Assembly: GCA_030390025.1 (NCBI GenBank)
Contig: JASTWF010000193.1
Coordinates: forward strand, 558,001-622,000
Reading direction: 5' to 3'
From: Squalus acanthias
Taxonomy: Eukaryota
Length of the DNA stretch: 64,000 nt
Under the pieces are notes generated by a model. It saw only the letters and a list, made by a program, of their open reading frames with translations. It made no database searches and was not told the DNA's origin. A program made the translations under genes and the position numbers. Shown piece after piece: positions 62,179-64,000 of this stretch. Each line of letters starts with the position of its first letter. Within the stretch, counting starts at the first letter, position 1.

Positions 62179-64000
62179 TAAAGAACATAAGAACATAAGA
62201 AATAGGAGCAGGAGTAGGCCAATCGGCCCCTCGAGCCTGCTCCGCCATTCAATAAGATCATGGCTGATCTGATCCTAACCGCCAATCTACTATCTATCAC
62301 AGAACCATCTCCTGCATCTAACAGAATTGCACACACGAAATAGGAACAGAATCAGGCTACACAGTCCCTGGGCCCGCTCCACTACCCACAGGGCCATGAC
62401 CGATCCGAACCTAGACTCATGTCCAAATTCCTGCCCGCTCCCCGTAACCCTTAATGCCCTTTACTTCTAGGAAACTGTCTATTTCTGTTTTAAATTTAAT
62501 TAATGTTGTAGCTTCTACAGCTTTTTGTGGCAGCATATTCCATGGACCTACCACCCTCTGAGTGAAGTAGTTCCTCCTCATCTCAGTTTTGAAAGAGCAG
62601 CCCCTTATTCTAAGACTATGTCCCCTAGTTCTCGTCTCACCCGTCATCGGGAACATCCTCCCCGCATCCACCCGATCCAACCCCTTCACAATCTTATATG
62701 TTTCAATAAGATCGCCTCTCATTCTTCTGAACTCCAATGAGTAGAGTCCCAATCTACCCAACCTCTCCTCATATGACCACCCCCTCATCCCCGGGATTAA
62801 CCGAGTGAACCTTTTTTGCACTGCCTCGAGAGCAAGGATGTCTTTCCTTAAGTAAGGACACCAAAACTGTATGCAGTATTCCAGGTGCGGTCTCACCAAT
62901 ACCTTGTACAACTGAAGCAATACCTCCCTATTTTTATATTCTATCCCCCTAGCAATGAAAGCCAACATTCCATTTGCCTTCTTAATCACTTGCTGCACCT
63001 GCATACTAACCTTTTGAGTTTCGTGCACCAGGACCCCCAGATCCCTTTGCACTTCAGTACTCTCCAGTTTCTTGCCATTAAGATAATAAATTGCTCTAGG
63101 ATTTTTCCTGCCAAAGTGCATCACCTCACACTTTCCAGTGTTGTATTCCATCTGCCAAATCTCTGCCCACTTACTTAGCCTGTCTATGTCCCCTTGCAGG
63201 TTTTTTATGTCCTCCTCACTCACTACTTTCCCTCCCATCTTTGTATCATCTGCAAATTTTGATATGTTACACTTGGTCCCTTCCTCCAAATCGTTAATAT
63301 AGATTGTGAAGAGTTGGGGACCCAGCACTGACCCCTGTGGAACACCACTAGTTACTGATTGCCAGTCTGAGAATGAACCATTTATCCCAACTCTTTGCTT
63401 TCTGTTAGATAGCCAATCCTCTATCCATGCCAGAATATTACCCCCAATCCCGTGATTTTTACCTTAAGCAATAATCTTTTGTGTGGCACCTTGTCAAATG
63501 CCTTTTGGAAGTCTAAATACACTACGTCCACTGGTTCCCCTTTATCCACTCTATATGTTACTTCCTCAAAGAACTCCAGCAAATTTGTCAAACATGACTT
63601 CCCCTTCGTAAAACCATGCTGACTTTGTCCTATTAAATTATGATTATCCAAATGTCCTGTTACTGTTTCCTTAATAATGGACTCCAAAATTTTACCTACC
63701 ACAGATGTTAGGCTAACCGGTCTATAGTTACCAGCCTTCTGTCTACTGCCCTTTTTAAATAAGGGTGTTACATTAGCAGTTTTCCAGTCTGCCGGGACCT
63801 TAGCGGAATCCAGGGAGTTTTGAAAAATTATTACCAATGCATCTACAATCCCTACCGCCACTTCCTTCAAGACTCTAGGATGTAAGCCATCAGGTCCAGG
63901 TGATTTATCCGCCTTGAGTCCCATTATTTTACCGAGTACCACTTCCTTAGTGATTTTGATCGTGTTTAGCTCCTCTCCCCCTATAGCCCCCTGTTTGTCC
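62179..64000 (-). mobile_element. Young CR1 LINE (RT and 3' UTR), runs off the window
   Basis: Two long ORFs separated only by a 1-nt deletion in the T5 run at 63456-63460; FADDTK; (ttatgttc)n tail. Confidence 0.95.

Overview
Eukaryotic, repeat-rich vertebrate DNA. The repeat families (CR1 LINEs with esterase ORF1, Deu-type SINEs, a Neptune Penelope element) and the gene families point to a cartilaginous fish; this is an inference. Host genes: (1) a complete six-exon nonclassical MHC class I gene on + (38099-51348, 346 aa); (2) an orphan paralogous MHC class I alpha1 exon with a 1-nt deletion (24692-24951); (3) two paralogous two-exon GPR139/GPR142-like class A GPCR genes on - (53106-57218 intact, 319 aa; 1031-3692 with one extra base in a homopolymer). 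The two GPCRs share a promoter block: TATA plus a TAATTG homeodomain site abutting an Ebf-like palindrome. Mobile DNA: many CR1-type LINEs, a second LINE family with partner SINEs, Harbinger-like MITEs with ATT target-site duplications, a near-intact Penelope element with a 14-bp TSD and a minimal hammerhead ribozyme, and an ERV-like LTR element with a tRNA-Ser PBS, no visible protease or RT, and a tandem [RNase H - integrase Zn-finger] x2 arrangement. The best candidate for an undescribed system is the interleaved nonclassical MHC-I / orphan GPCR cluster with olfactory-receptor-like promoter motifs. All gene models were read by eye; no database searches were run.
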